Positions 51,649 through 61,334 of a stretch of 64,000 bases of DNA are shown piece after piece. The stretch lies in assembly GCA_016196125.1 (NCBI GenBank), contig JACPYG010000015.1:22966-86965 (forward strand). The letters run 5' to 3'. Under the pieces are notes generated by a model. It made no database searches and had not been told where the DNA came from. It saw only the letters and a program-made list of their open reading frames with translations. Positions within the stretch are counted from its first letter, which is position 1. The number at the start of each line of letters is the position of its first letter. The stretch comes from Candidatus Staskawiczbacteria bacterium (GTDB lineage Bacteria; Patescibacteriota; Minisyncoccia; Minisyncoccales; Staskawiczbacteraceae). A program made the position numbers and the translations under genes.

Positions 51649-53724
51649 CTATTGTCTCTTTCCATCAACAATTTCCTGCGCTATGTTTTCTGGCACTTTT
51701 TCATAACTGTTGAATTCCATCGTAAACGATGCCCTTCCTTCTGTAAGCGACCTTAATGATGTGGCGTAGCCAAACATTTCGGATAAAGGAACTATGGCAT
51801 CAATTACTTTCATGCCAACTCTTTCTTTTGTTTCTTCAATTTTACCTCTTCTTGAAGAGATATCTGAAATAGCTTGGCCGAAAAAGTCAGGCGGCGTTAT
51901 AACTTCGGTTTTCATAACCGGTTCCAGTATAATAACTTTTGCTTTTTTGGCGGCTTCTTGCAAAGCCATAGACCCTGCAATTTTGAAAGCAAACTCCGAA
52001 GAATCAACATCGTGGAAACTTCCGTCAAATAAGGTAACTTCTATATCAACCAAAGGATATCCCGCTAAAATACCTTTATCCATTGCCTCAACAACGCCTT
52101 TTTCTACCGGCTTTATAAACTCTTTTGGAATAGTTCCTCCTTTAATTTCATCAACAAACTCAAAACCAGCCCCTCTTTCTTTTGGCTTGACTCTTAACAA
52201 TACGTGGCCGTATTGGCCTTTGCCTCCCGATTGGCGGATATATTTTGATTCTGCCTCTGCTTCTCCTAAAATAGTTTCTTTGTATGCAACCTGAGGCCTG
52301 CCATAATTAGCATCAACCTTAAATTCTCTCTTCAACCTGTCTGCTATAATATCCAAATGTAATTCTCCCATGCCAGAAATAATTGTCTCTCCGGTTTCCA
52401 AATCTTCTTTTATTCTAAATGTCGGGTCTTCTTCGGTAAGCTTTCTGATAGACATAATAAGCTTTTCCTGGTCAGCTTTAGTTTTTGGCTCAACTCTAAT
52501 TCCAATAACTGGCTCTGGAAATACGATTTTTTCAAGCATTATTGGACTAGCTTTATCGCAAAGCGTATGGCCGGTGCTTGTGGCTTTTAGCCCGACAGTG
52601 GCTCCAATTTCTCCTGCATACAGCACATCCACATCCTGCCTTTCATCGGCATGCATTCTTAAAATACGGCTGATTCTCTCTTGTTCTCCAGTATTTGCAT
52701 TTAAAACATAAGACCCCTTAGTTAAACTCCCGGAGTATACTCTAAAATAGGTTAAAGTTCCAACATATGGGTCTGTGGCAATTTTAAAAACTAAAGCAGA
52801 AAAAGGTTCAAAATCTTGGGGTTTCCTTTCAATAGCGGCTCCTGTTTTAAGATCAGTTCCTACTGTCGCTAAAACTTCTGATGGCGAAGGCAAATAATCA
52901 ATAATTGCGTCTAAAACCGACTGGATCCCTTTGTTTTTTAAAGCGCTGCCGCAAAAAACAGGAACTAATTTATAAGCCAGAGAAGCTTTTCTTAAGGTAT
53001 TTTTTAATTCATCTTCTGATATTTCTTTTTTTTCTAAAAATTTCTCCACAAGTTCATTGTCTTCCGAGGCAATTCTTTCTACCATTTTTGCTCTCCATAT
53101 TTCGGATTTTTCTTTCATATCGTCTGGAATATCTTTCTCAACAACATCTTTGCCCTTTTCTCCTTCAAAATAAAGCGCTTTCATTTTTATTAAATCAATT
53201 ATGGCAGAAAGCTTTTCTTCTTCTCCTATTGGAATCTGCAAAGCCACCGCGTTTGGAGTTAATTTGTCCAAAATTGATTGGAAACTCTTTTCAAAAGAGG
53301 CCCCCATTCTATCTAATTTATTGATCAAACAAATTCTGGGAACCATGTATTTGTCTGCCTGCCGCCAAACCGTTTCTGATTGGGGTTCCACTCCGGCGAC
53401 TCCGTCAAAAACAACAACTGCTCCGTCTAAAACCCTTAAAGACCTTTGAACTTCGGCAGTAAAATCAATATGGCCGGGGGTGTCAATTAAGTTCATTTGG
53501 ACGCCTTTCCAATACATAGTTGTGGCGGCGGCTGTAATTGTGATTCCTCTTTCTCTTTCTTGCACCATCCAATCCATCACGGTATCGCCTTCGTGTACCT
53601 CTCCAATTTTATGAGAAATTCCCGTATAAAACAAAAGCCGCTCGGAAACCGTTGTTTTCCCGGCGTCAATATGGGCTATAATTCCGATGTTTCTTAATTT
53701 TTCTATTGGATATTGTCGTGCCAT
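51649..53724 (-). CDS. fusA: Elongation factor G
   Basis: [17 protein letters not shown], 691 aa. Confidence 0.98.
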   Translation of the reverse strand: MARQYPIEKLRNIGIIAHIDAGKTTVSERLLFYTGISHKIGEVHEGDTVMDWMVQERERGITITAAATTMYWKGVQMNLIDTPGHIDFTAEVQRSLRVLDGAVVVFDGVAGVEPQSETVWRQADKYMVPRICLINKLDRMGASFEKSFQSILDKLTPNAVALQIPIGEEEKLSAIIDLIKMKALYFEGEKGKDVVEKDIPDDMKEKSEIWRAKMVERIASEDNELVEKFLEKKEISEDELKNTLRKASLAYKLVPVFCGSALKNKGIQSVLDAIIDYLPSPSEVLATVGTDLKTGAAIERKPQDFEPFSALVFKIATDPYVGTLTYFRVYSGSLTKGSYVLNANTGEQERISRILRMHADERQDVDVLYAGEIGATVGLKATSTGHTLCDKASPIMLEKIVFPEPVIGIRVEPKTKADQEKLIMSIRKLTEEDPTFRIKEDLETGETIISGMGELHLDIIADRLKREFKVDANYGRPQVAYKETILGEAEAESKYIRQSGGKGQYGHVLLRVKPKERGAGFEFVDEIKGGTIPKEFIKPVEKGVVEAMDKGILAGYPLVDIEVTLFDGSFHDVDSSEFAFKIAGSMALQEAAKKAKVIILEPVMKTEVITPPDFFGQAISDISSRRGKIEETKERVGMKVIDAIVPLSEMFGYATSLRSLTEGRASFTMEFNSYEKVPENIAQEIVDGKRQ

Positions 53725-53726
53725 AT

Positions 53727-54191
53727 CTATCTCGCAAAATGCGCAAATGCTTTGTTTGCTTCGGCCATTCTATGGGTATCGTTTTTCTTTTTTAGGGCTA
53801 GACCTTCATTATTTGACGCATCAATTAACTCTTGGCTAAGCCGTTCAGCCATTGGCTTTCCTTTTTTTGACCTGGCGCCCAAAAGTATCCATCTTATGGC
53901 CAAAGCCAACCTTCTTTCTCCTCTTACTTCTATTGGCACCTGATAAGTAGCCCCTCCAATTCTTTTTGCCTTTACCTCTAAAAGAGGAGAGGCATTTTCA
54001 ATTGCCAAACGAAACACCTCCAATGGCTCTTTTTTTGTTTTTTCCCTGATTATATCAAAAGCGCCATAAACAATTTTTTGGGCAATTGTCTTTTTGCCTT
54101 TTTCCATTACCTTATTTATAAACTGTGAAATTACAACATCGTTATAAACTCGGTCTGGGGCTATTTTGTGTTTTTTATATACTCTGCGCAT
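53727..54191 (-). CDS. rpsG: 30S ribosomal protein S7
   Basis: Position plus ...[17 protein letters not shown]... Confidence 0.95.
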   Translation of the reverse strand: MRRVYKKHKIAPDRVYNDVVISQFINKVMEKGKKTIAQKIVYGAFDIIREKTKKEPLEVFRLAIENASPLLEVKAKRIGGATYQVPIEVRGERRLALAIRWILLGARSKKGKPMAERLSQELIDASNNEGLALKKKNDTHRMAEANKAFAHFAR

Positions 54192-54237
54192 TCTAATTAT
54201 CTTTTAATATTATAGAGAGGAAATAATGATAAAAATT

Positions 54238-54657
54238 TTATTTATTTTCTTTTGGAGCTTTTGTTCCGTATCTGCTTCTGCCTTGCTTTCTATTTTCAAC
54301 TCCGGCTGTATCTAAAATACCCCTGACAATATGGTATCTTACTCCTGGTAAATCTTTTACTCTTCCGCCTCTAATCATAACTACAGAGTGTTCTTGCAAA
54401 TTATGACCTTCTCCTGCAATATATGCCGTAACTTCCATTCCATTAGAAAGTTTAACTCTGGCTACTTTTCTTTGAGCTGAATTTGGTTTTCTGGGAGTTC
54501 TCGTAAAAACTTTAATACAAACGCCTCTCTTAAACGGAGAAGAATAATGCGATGGCCTGTTTTTTAAAACGTTAAAACCAAAACCAAGCGCAACTGTTTT
54601 TTTGGCTTTTTTAACTTTTTTTCTTCCTTTTTTAATAAGTTGGTGAATTGTTGGCAT
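54238..54657 (-). CDS. rpsL: 30S ribosomal protein S12
   Basis: [13 protein letters not shown] ... [19 protein letters not shown] ... [13 protein letters not shown]. Confidence 0.95.
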   Translation of the reverse strand: MPTIHQLIKKGRKKVKKAKKTVALGFGFNVLKNRPSHYSSPFKRGVCIKVFTRTPRKPNSAQRKVARVKLSNGMEVTAYIAGEGHNLQEHSVVMIRGGRVKDLPGVRYHIVRGILDTAGVENRKQGRSRYGTKAPKENK

Positions 54658-54673
54658 GACTTTTTACCGCTCT

Positions 54674-54700
54674 GTTAAAAAATAAAGCGCTAAGCGCTAT
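54674..54700 (-). terminator. Intrinsic terminator after the M50 protease gene
   Basis: Minus strand: AGCGC TTA GCGCT TTATTTTTTAAC. Confidence 0.55.
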
Positions 54701-54746
54701 TAGTAATGGTCAGCTTATCAAATATTTTAAAAATAGTCAACTATTT

Positions 54747-55391
54747 TTACAAACCAGTTATTATTCTAAATAAAAAATCTGAAATTGACGAAAACCACTG
54801 CAAACCGCCGAAAACAATTAAGAACATTAATATAGCAAAACCATATTGCTTTAAAAATATTTTAACATTAGAAAATCTTTCAGGCAAAAGACTAAAAAGA
54901 ACCCAAGATCCATCAAGAGGAGGAATTGGAATAAGATTAAATATCGCCAACCATATGTTAATAGAAATAATATAACTGAATGCTATTAGAATTCCTTGAT
55001 TATTTATAAATATTTCTTCAGGTATGAACCTTAATATTAATCCGAAAAAAACAGCCAATAATATGTTGGATGCAGGACCCGCTAAAGAAACTTTAATATC
55101 GCCGTATTTTTTATCTTTGAAATTGTATGGATTAATAGGAACTGGTTTTGCCCAACCAACAATAATCCAATTTCCTGTTTTAATGGCAAGAATTAAAAGG
55201 AGAATCGGCAAAAGGATAGAACCAACAAGGTCTAAATGCTTTAATGGATTTAAAGTAAGGCGTCCGGAATACTTTGCAGTGGGGTCGCCAAGCGAATAAG
55301 CCACACTTCCGTGAGCCAGTTCATGTATTACAACAGAAAAAAGCAATACTACCAAAACTAAAACAAAAGTAATAATTGTAACGATTTCCAT
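54747..55391 (-). CDS. Site-2 protease family (M50B) membrane metalloprotease
   Basis: HELAHG zinc motif in TM1, NLIPIPPLDGS late motif, 214 aa. Confidence 0.8.
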   Translation of the reverse strand: MEIVTIITFVLVLVVLLFSVVIHELAHGSVAYSLGDPTAKYSGRLTLNPLKHLDLVGSILLPILLLILAIKTGNWIIVGWAKPVPINPYNFKDKKYGDIKVSLAGPASNILLAVFFGLILRFIPEEIFINNQGILIAFSYIISINIWLAIFNLIPIPPLDGSWVLFSLLPERFSNVKIFLKQYGFAILMFLIVFGGLQWFSSISDFLFRIITGL

Positions 55392-55517
55392 TATTTAATA
55401 CTAACACGTATTGACCCCGTTAGAAATAGCCAATCTTAAAAATACTTAAATAACGTTATTATGGACGTGATTTTTAACGGAGTTGAAAAAAATAAAAGAA
55501 AGTGTTAGAATGCACCA

Positions 55518-55615
55518 AAGTGGAAATAATAATATTTTTCAACGTCCGCCCTGCCTGCCGGCAGGCAGGCAAACCCACGGCCAGCCCGAATTGAAAAATA
55601 TTATTATTTCCACTT
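55518..55615. repeat. MITE-like hairpin element with the nested 20-bp palindrome (upstream of rpmB)
   Basis: 25-bp perfect arms AAGTGGAAATAATAATATTTTTCAA / TTGAAAAATATTATTATTTCCACTT. Core CGTCCGCC CCTGCCTGCCGGCAGGCAGG CAAACCCACGGCCAGCCCGAA. Confidence 0.9.
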
Positions 55616-55625
55616 GTATAATTTT

Positions 55626-55811
55626 ATGGAAAAAATTTGTTCAATTTGTAAAAAAAAATCAGGAATGTCATGGTCTCTCATAAAACTGAGGGGTAAATAT
55701 AATCCTACTCAAAAAATAAGAAAGCGCCCAAATTTACAATGGGTTCGTTTATTTTCGGGCAAAAGAGTTCTCGCCTGCGCCAAGTGCATAAAAGCAATGG
55801 CGAAAGTATAA
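55626..55811 (+). CDS. rpmB: 50S ribosomal protein L28 (Cys-containing form)
   Basis: MEKICSICKKKSGMSWSLIKLRGKYNPTQKIRKRPNLQWVRLFSGKRVLACAKCIK. ATG at 55626; the ORF track starts at an upstream TTG. Confidence 0.85.
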   Translation: MEKICSICKKKSGMSWSLIKLRGKYNPTQKIRKRPNLQWVRLFSGKRVLACAKCIKAMAKV

Positions 55812-55814
55812 ATT

Positions 55815-56195
55815 TCAAACAATGTTTTCATAGTGATTTAAACGCTTAACACTATAATCGGAATTCAAAACAATACATATGGCATCTATCCTTAAAGCGC
55901 CATTCCATTTTTTAAAAGCCGTGTAAGCCAAAGCGTTTCCTGTGAGTTTTCTCATTTTCTTTTTATTAATTGTTTCTTCCGGTGTTCCAAAATTATCTCC
56001 TACTTTTGTTCTTACTTCAACAAAAACCAAATCTATTTTTCCTGCCCTGAGCCTGCCGAAGGGTTTTTTGGCAATTAAATCTATTTCAGCATATTTTGTT
56101 TTATAATTTTGTTCTATTATTTTATAACCTTGTTTTATCAAAAATCTCTTGGCAATCTCTTCCCCTATTTTTCCGACTTCGTTATGCTGACTCAT
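55815..56195 (-). CDS. yraN: YraN family (UPF0102) endonuclease-like protein
   Basis: GEEIAKRFLIKQGYKIIEQNYKTKYAEIDLIA...LVFVEVRTK. Confidence 0.8.
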   Translation of the reverse strand: MSQHNEVGKIGEEIAKRFLIKQGYKIIEQNYKTKYAEIDLIAKKPFGRLRAGKIDLVFVEVRTKVGDNFGTPEETINKKKMRKLTGNALAYTAFKKWNGALRIDAICIVLNSDYSVKRLNHYENIV

Positions 56196-56206
56196 AGCTA
56201 TGATAA

Positions 56207-56306
56207 GGTCAGAAAATAAAAATATTTTTCAACGCCCGCCCTGCCTGCCGGCAGGCAGGCAAACCCACGACCAGCCCGAATTGAAAAATATTTTTATTTT
56301 CTGACC
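56207..56306. repeat. MITE-like hairpin element with the nested 20-bp palindrome (yraN-comM spacer)
   Basis: 26-bp perfect arms GGTCAGAAAATAAAAATATTTTTCAA / TTGAAAAATATTTTTATTTTCTGACC. Core identical to 55543-55590 except for 2 nt. Confidence 0.9.
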
Positions 56307-56311
56307 TAAAT

Positions 56312-57847
56312 TTACACAGTATCATAAATTTTAGGCTTATACTGCAATGCCTCTGCCATATGGGAAATAGTTATTTCTTCTGCCCCATCCAAATCGGCGA
56401 TTGTTCTGGCAACTTTTATTGTTTTCATATAAGACCTGGCTGAAAGCTGGAATTTTAAACTTGCTGTTCGCAAAATCCCTTCTATATCTTTTGTCAGTTT
56501 GCAGTATTTCTTAATGTGGCTATTTTTCATTTGGGCGTTTGACTGAATTGAATCTTTTATAAAACGCTCCTCCTGTTTTTCTTTGGCTAAAACAACTCTT
56601 TGTTTGATTATTTTTGATGACTCTAATAGTTCGGAATTTTTCTGATTATCTGAAAACTCTGCCGTATCAACCGGCAAAATGGCGATATGCAAATCAATTC
56701 TGTCTAAGATAGGGCCAGAAATTCTTTTTTGATATTTTTTAATCTGGTTTTGCGTGCAAACACAATTTTTCTTGGGATGATTTAAATAACCGCAAGGACA
56801 AGGGTTTGCCGAAGCCACCAACATAAAATCGGCCGGATATATTACTCTTTGTTTACTTCTTGAAATAGTTAAATATCCATCTTCCAAAGGCTGCCTCATT
56901 GCTTCCATAACATTGTGGGGAAATTCATTAAACTCATCCAGAAAAAGAACACCTCTGTGGGCTAAACTTATTTCGCCAGGATGCGGTTTTGCTCCGCCTC
57001 CGACAAGACCAACTAACGAGGCCGAATGATGAGGCGCCCTGAATTGCCTCTCCGTTATCAGCGAACCGCCTGGCGGGATGCTTCCTGCCACTGAATATAT
57101 TTTAGTTACTTCCAACGACTCTGTTTCATTTAATGGAGGCAATATGCCTGGCAGAGCCCGGGCCAACATAGTTTTTCCCGAACCGGGAGAACCCACCATA
57201 ATAATATTGTGGCCTCCGGCTGCCGCAATTTCCATTGCTCTCTTTGCCTGTTCCTGTCCTAAAACTTCTCTCATGTCAAATTCGGCTGACGAGGGCAGGC
57301 CGCTTAAAATTTTCTGATAAACAACCGGTTCAATATTTCTTTTTTTTAAAAAATATCCTGCTATCTGGATCAAATTTTCAACAGGAAAAACTTTTACCCC
57401 TTTTACTACTCCGGCTTCATTGGCTGAATCCTTGGGAACAAAAAGGTTTGAAAATCCAAATTCTTTGGCAAAAAGAGCCATTAAAAGAGCTCCTTTTGTA
57501 TGCCGAAGAGAACCGTCAAACGATAACTCCCCTAAAAATAATGATTTTTCTGGTATGGGAAACTGCAATACACTGCTCAAAATTCCAACAGCAATGGGTA
57601 AATCATAAAGAGAACCTTCTTTTTGAATATCGGCCGGAGCTAAATTGACTGTGATTTTTTTTGCCGGAAAATCAACTCCCGAACTTGAAATTGCCGCCCT
57701 GACCCTTTCTTTGCTTTCGTCAACCGCCTTGTCTGGCAATCCAACAATTTCAAAACCGGGCAATCCTCTGTTTGCCAAATTTACTTCCACATCCACCTTT
57801 ATTGTTTCAAGGCCCAAATTTACAACAGAAGGCACTTTAATTAACAT
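56312..57847 (-). CDS. comM: Mg-chelatase-like AAA+ protein ComM/YifB
   Basis: GSPGSGKTMLA, VLFLDEFNEF, 511 aa. Confidence 0.9.
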   Translation of the reverse strand: MLIKVPSVVNLGLETIKVDVEVNLANRGLPGFEIVGLPDKAVDESKERVRAAISSSGVDFPAKKITVNLAPADIQKEGSLYDLPIAVGILSSVLQFPIPEKSLFLGELSFDGSLRHTKGALLMALFAKEFGFSNLFVPKDSANEAGVVKGVKVFPVENLIQIAGYFLKKRNIEPVVYQKILSGLPSSAEFDMREVLGQEQAKRAMEIAAAGGHNIIMVGSPGSGKTMLARALPGILPPLNETESLEVTKIYSVAGSIPPGGSLITERQFRAPHHSASLVGLVGGGAKPHPGEISLAHRGVLFLDEFNEFPHNVMEAMRQPLEDGYLTISRSKQRVIYPADFMLVASANPCPCGYLNHPKKNCVCTQNQIKKYQKRISGPILDRIDLHIAILPVDTAEFSDNQKNSELLESSKIIKQRVVLAKEKQEERFIKDSIQSNAQMKNSHIKKYCKLTKDIEGILRTASLKFQLSARSYMKTIKVARTIADLDGAEEITISHMAEALQYKPKIYDTV

Positions 57848-58709
57848 AATATTTGCCTGATTCTTGGTTAATAAATCCTTTTAACTGCATTAAAGAAAGA
57901 GTCGTGCCGACTTTGGCGGCAGATATGCCAAGCGTTCTGGATAATAAATCTGCCTCCATCGGTTCTCTTTTTAATTGCTCAATTATTGTTTTTTCCTCTT
58001 TGCTAAGAATCGAACTTTGCTTTGCTTGACTTTCGGAATTAGATAAATTAGCTGGAGAAACATTATAGTACTTTAAAATATCACTTGCTTCTGTTACAAC
58101 AAAAGCCCCCTCTTTTATTAGTTTTATCGTTCCTTTTGAAACATCGCTGGTAATTTGGCCTGGCACGGCAAATATTTTTCTGCCATATTTTTTGGCATAT
58201 TTTGCCGTTATCAGTGTGCCGCTATTTAAACCGGCTTCTACAACTAAAATTGCTTTTGATAAGCCGGCTACTATTCTATTTCTTCTTGCATATGTCCAGT
58301 TAACTGGTGAAAATTTTCCTTCAAGCTCTGAAATAATCAAGCCTTTATTTTCTAAAATTTCGTAATAAAGTTTTTCCTGATATTCCGGGTGTATCATATC
58401 TATCCCGCATGGCATTACGGCAATAGTTTTACCGCCAATCCTTACTGTTGCGCTATGGGCGGCTTCATCTCCGCCATACATAAATCCAGAAACAATAGTT
58501 ATGCCAGAGGCCGCTATTTCGGTTACAAGTTGTTCTGTTATTTTTTTTCCGTAACCAGTCAAATGCCTTGAACCCACCACTGCCAGGCAATTTTCAAAAA
58601 TTTCTTCTTTCCATTCTCCTTTGTAATATAATTTTTTTGGCGCCTCCCTGCCAATTTCTTTTAATGATTTTGGATATTTTTTATCTTCTATTTTAACGGC
58701 CTTCTCCAT
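57837..58709 (-). CDS. dprA: DNA processing protein DprA
   Basis: AVVGSRHLTGYGK ... GIDMIHPEY ... winged-helix tail. Confidence 0.9.
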   Translation of the reverse strand: MEKAVKIEDKKYPKSLKEIGREAPKKLYYKGEWKEEIFENCLAVVGSRHLTGYGKKITEQLVTEIAASGITIVSGFMYGGDEAAHSATVRIGGKTIAVMPCGIDMIHPEYQEKLYYEILENKGLIISELEGKFSPVNWTYARRNRIVAGLSKAILVVEAGLNSGTLITAKYAKKYGRKIFAVPGQITSDVSKGTIKLIKEGAFVVTEASDILKYYNVSPANLSNSESQAKQSSILSKEEKTIIEQLKREPMEADLLSRTLGISAAKVGTTLSLMQLKGFINQESGKYYVN

Positions 58710-58732
58710 ATTTTTTTCATTCTAACATTTTA

Positions 58733-58759
58733 ACTAAAAAAAGCGACACATTCATCGCT
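58733..58759 (-). terminator. Intrinsic terminator upstream of dprA
   Basis: Minus strand: AGCGA TGAATGTG TCGCT TTTTTTTAG. Confidence 0.65.
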
Positions 58760-58768
58760 TCTTTAGCG

Positions 58769-58895
58769 CTCTGACCTTTCCTTAGATTTCTAGTAGAATC
58801 AAAGTGGGTGTTCTCATGTTAAAACCACGGTCTTAACTAATATTGAACTCCCGTAAAAAAGTTCGTATAGAATCTAATATTGGAAATATCAGAGC
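58769..58895 (-). other. Rod-like imperfect long hairpin (candidate ncRNA or inverted-repeat element)
   Basis: Nested helices GCTCTGA..TTTCC / GGAAA..TCAGAGC, TTAGATTCTA / TAGAAATCTAA, GGGAGTTC / GAACACCC and GTTAA / TTAAC, followed by the terminator at 58733-58759. Confidence 0.35.
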
Positions 58896-58925
58896 TGATT
58901 TCATTTTAACTCTTTTAAAACAGCG

Positions 58926-59001
58926 GTCAACCCCGTTAGAGATGAGATTCTTAAACATCTGTTAATTAGTTTTTGCATAGGACTTCTAACGTGGTCAATG
59001 G
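58926..59001. repeat. Imperfect inverted repeat carrying CCCCGTTAGA / TCTAACGTGG
   Basis: GTCAACCCCGTTAGAG ... TTCTAACGTGGTCAATGG. Confidence 0.6.
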
Positions 59002-59005
59002 ACTT

Positions 59006-60103
59006 TTAAATACCGAGGGCTTTGACTAATTGTTTTATTAAAGAAACCACAACTGGCGGCGGCATTAGGCTGTTTGAAACAACGCCTTGGTCATCTAAAA
59101 CTTCCCAAGGTTTTTCATTGGCTTTGACTTTACTTCCGCCAGCTGGCGGATTTTCATTAAATGTATAACTGTACTCTGGAGTAATTTCATAATCATCAAC
59201 AAAATCTTTAACTATTTGCACTGGAATGCAATTTCTTAAAAAAACTTTTGGTATGCCCTGCAGGGACTCCGCTTGTTTTATTAAAAGCTCGTCTTTATTT
59301 AGCCTTTCTCTAATTGGTTCAATGCCTAATTCATCACCCTCTTTTGTTGTCATTCTAAAACCCTTGCAATTTGGATTATCGCAAATTAGATAAAATTTAT
59401 CATCCTTTGCGTCATATTCAACATTTTTTGTCGGCAAAAGCTTTAAGCTCCTTGATGTTTGGCAAGAAGGGCAAATTACCCTGTACTTTACTCTCTGGTC
59501 AATAACTGATGTCGGAACATCTATTAAAACAAAAATATCCGGGTCTTCTCTGTATCCAATTAAATCCCTAAAAAACAACGAATAAGAAATTTGATCCAAA
59601 TCCCTCGGAAAGCCATCAATAAAAATCGCTTTCCTGCCAAGCTTTGCTATTTCTCTTTTAGCTAATACTAGAATCAACTCGGAAGGCAAAAGAGTCTTTG
59701 TAGACCTTGCCTTTAAAGATTTAATTATGTCTTCTAATGGCAAATATCCCCTGTAATTATTCTCTAAAAAAACAACGAGTTCCTTTGTTTTATCTTCGTC
59801 GCCGATAATTTCATCAAATGACCTTACCATATCTCCAATGGAAAAATGGGCGATTTTATCACCACCAACCGCTTCGGCCAGCATTTTTGCATAAGTTCCT
59901 TTGCCAGAACCTTTTTTACCAAGCAAATAAGCCACGAATGTATTATTTTTGCTCTCTTCTCGGGAATTAACTCCCAAATATTCTCTTAATTTTTTAAGTT
60001 CAGGGCCTGCTTTATATTCAAAATAAGCCTGCCTTTGATTGAAATCAGTCAGGTCAAATTTTTTATAAACATCGCTTTTTGTTTTAAATATAGGAAAATC
60101 CAT
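59006..60103 (-). CDS. Adenylate/nucleoside-monophosphate kinase-like protein with long N- and C-terminal extensions
   Basis: P-loop GKKGSGKGTYAK and a Cys4 LID (CPSCQ...CDNPNCKG). Confidence 0.6.
   Translation of the reverse strand: MDFPIFKTKSDVYKKFDLTDFNQRQAYFEYKAGPELKKLREYLGVNSREESKNNTFVAYLLGKKGSGKGTYAKMLAEAVGGDKIAHFSIGDMVRSFDEIIGDEDKTKELVVFLENNYRGYLPLEDIIKSLKARSTKTLLPSELILVLAKREIAKLGRKAIFIDGFPRDLDQISYSLFFRDLIGYREDPDIFVLIDVPTSVIDQRVKYRVICPSCQTSRSLKLLPTKNVEYDAKDDKFYLICDNPNCKGFRMTTKEGDELGIEPIRERLNKDELLIKQAESLQGIPKVFLRNCIPVQIVKDFVDDYEITPEYSYTFNENPPAGGSKVKANEKPWEVLDDQGVVSNSLMPPPVVVSLIKQLVKALGI
59135..59150. repeat. Perfect 16-bp palindrome TCCGCCAGCTGGCGGA in frame (NPPAGGSK)
   Basis: Read directly from the sequence. 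Confidence 0.9.
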
Positions 60104-60104
60104 A

Positions 60105-60272
60105 CTATTGTTTATTTACTATTTTCAAATTATTTCCGTCAGACACTATTTTTATGCCGCCGGATTCGCCTGTTCTCAATGTATGTATACCAAAATTTTC
60201 TAATCTTTGCAAAGTTTCAAAAGCGGGATGTCCAAATGTGTTCAATAAAAATAATACGGCTTTATTTTTCAT
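60105..60272 (-). CDS. Possible 55-aa small protein (below the ORF-track cutoff)
   Basis: Own translation: MKNKAVLFLLNTFGHPAFETLQRLENFGIHTLRTGESGGIKIVSDGNNLKIVNKQ*. Its stop is 1 nt before the kinase-like gene start. Confidence 0.35.
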   Translation of the reverse strand: MKNKAVLFLLNTFGHPAFETLQRLENFGIHTLRTGESGGIKIVSDGNNLKIVNKQ

Positions 60273-60290
60273 TAATCTATTATAATATAA

Positions 60291-60321
60291 AAAACGCCCC
60301 GGCCAACGGCGGAGGCGTTTT
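60291..60321. terminator. Bidirectional GC hairpin terminator
   Basis: AAAACGCC CCGGCCAACGGCGGA GGCGTTTT. Confidence 0.7.
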
Positions 60322-60329
60322 CAGAAATT

Positions 60330-60494
60330 CTATTTCTTCGACATACCCATTATCCTAAACATCTTTGTTCCGCACTTTACACAAGTGCCGGTCATAGCTG
60401 ACCTCTTATGACCACCCTTTCCTTTCATTGCAACCTCTTTTGGATCTTTCATTTCTCTTTTTGCCTTACATTTTACACAATAAGCTTCTGTCAT
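60330..60494 (-). CDS. DUF5679-type small zinc-ribbon protein
   Basis: Own translation: MTEAYCVKCKAKREMKDPKEVAMKGKGGHKRSAMTGTCVKCGTKMFRIMGMSKK*. Confidence 0.7.
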   Translation of the reverse strand: MTEAYCVKCKAKREMKDPKEVAMKGKGGHKRSAMTGTCVKCGTKMFRIMGMSKK

Positions 60495-60537
60495 TTTATT
60501 ATAATTTTATTTATATATTGTTAATAATCTGCGGATT

Positions 60538-60662
60538 TACCCAGTCAAATAATTTTAACTTTTAAGAAAGTTAAAATTAAAATCTGAAAGATTTTATTTG
60601 ACTAGGGTGAATTTTAATATCGACCTTGTTCCTGCAAAATTATACAATCTCGCAGGAACAAT
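60538..60662. repeat. Cluster of AT-rich nested hairpins in the divergent spacer
   Basis: CCCAGTCAAATAA / TTATTTGACTAGGG encloses TTTTAACTT/AAGTTAAAA and AAAATCT/AGATTTT. It is followed by the 10-bp stem TTGTTCCTGC / GCAGGAACAA (60626-60661). Confidence 0.7.
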
Positions 60663-60801
60663 TTAATACTTTAATCTATTGTACCCTTTAAGATAGTCGG
60701 GGTCAACTCTTTTGTCAATGGTTGACTTGTATTTTATATTATTTTAAAATTAAGCAATCAGTTCTTTTCACTTTTAAATTGATTAAACTGGAGGTCAAAC
60801 C

Positions 60802-61302
60802 ATGCATGCCACTTATGATTACAGGGAAAAAGAGACTTCTGTAAATATAAGGCCTATGACAAGAAATGATTTACCAGAAGTCCTTTCTGTTGAACTGGGA
60901 AGTTTTGAGTTCCCTTGGAAAAAAGGTTACTTTGTTCATTGCTTAAAACAACAAAATTATGTCAACCTGGTGGTTAAATATGAAGAAGAAATAATAGGGT
61001 TTATGATTAAATCAGGAATACGTTTGCTTAATCTTGCTGTCCGCCCCGATTGGAGGCGACGCGAAATAGGCACAAAAATGATAGAAGAGCTGATTGGCAG
61101 ATTGTCTCTGCAAAAAATACGGAAAAGAATTATTACAGTTAAAGTTAGAGAAGGAAATTTGCCGGTTCAGTTATTTTTTCGCAAATGCGGATTTAGGGCA
61201 ATAAATGTTTTTCATGGATGTTATGACAAAACACAAGAAGATGCCTATTTATTTTATTATGAATATAAGGTATCAGATTTTTTGACCAGAATAACTAAAT
61301 AA
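60802..61302 (+). CDS. GNAT acetyltransferase (RimI-like)
   Basis: IRPMTRNDLPEVLSVELGSFEFPW ... LLNLAVRPDWRRREIGTKM; GGAGG lies 7 nt upstream of the ATG. Confidence 0.75.
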   Translation: MHATYDYREKETSVNIRPMTRNDLPEVLSVELGSFEFPWKKGYFVHCLKQQNYVNLVVKYEEEIIGFMIKSGIRLLNLAVRPDWRRREIGTKMIEELIGRLSLQKIRKRIITVKVREGNLPVQLFFRKCGFRAINVFHGCYDKTQEDAYLFYYEYKVSDFLTRITK

Positions 61303-61334
61303 ATACAAAACCTCAAAAATAATCTTTAATAGAC

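Noticed and set aside
55411-55443. TTGACC within TTGACCCCGTTAGAA as a -35 promoter hexamer (also present in the reverse complement near 58990).
   Set aside because: No acceptable -10 hexamer lies at 16-18 nt spacing in either case, and the motif also occurs where it cannot be a promoter, namely flanking a tRNA.
56040-56070. Possible decayed palindrome copies in yraN (CCTGCCCTGAGCCTGCCGAAGG, peptide PFGRLRAGK) and in the S51 gene (5176-5195, CAGCCTGCCCTGAGG).
   Set aside because: They share only CCTGCCCTGAG with each other and are not palindromic, which is too weak to call without statistics.
31064-56306. Possibility that the recurring repeats are a CRISPR array.
   Set aside because: There is no regular repeat-spacer periodicity. 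The repeats are dispersed over tens of kb, many are inside genes, and no cas genes are present.
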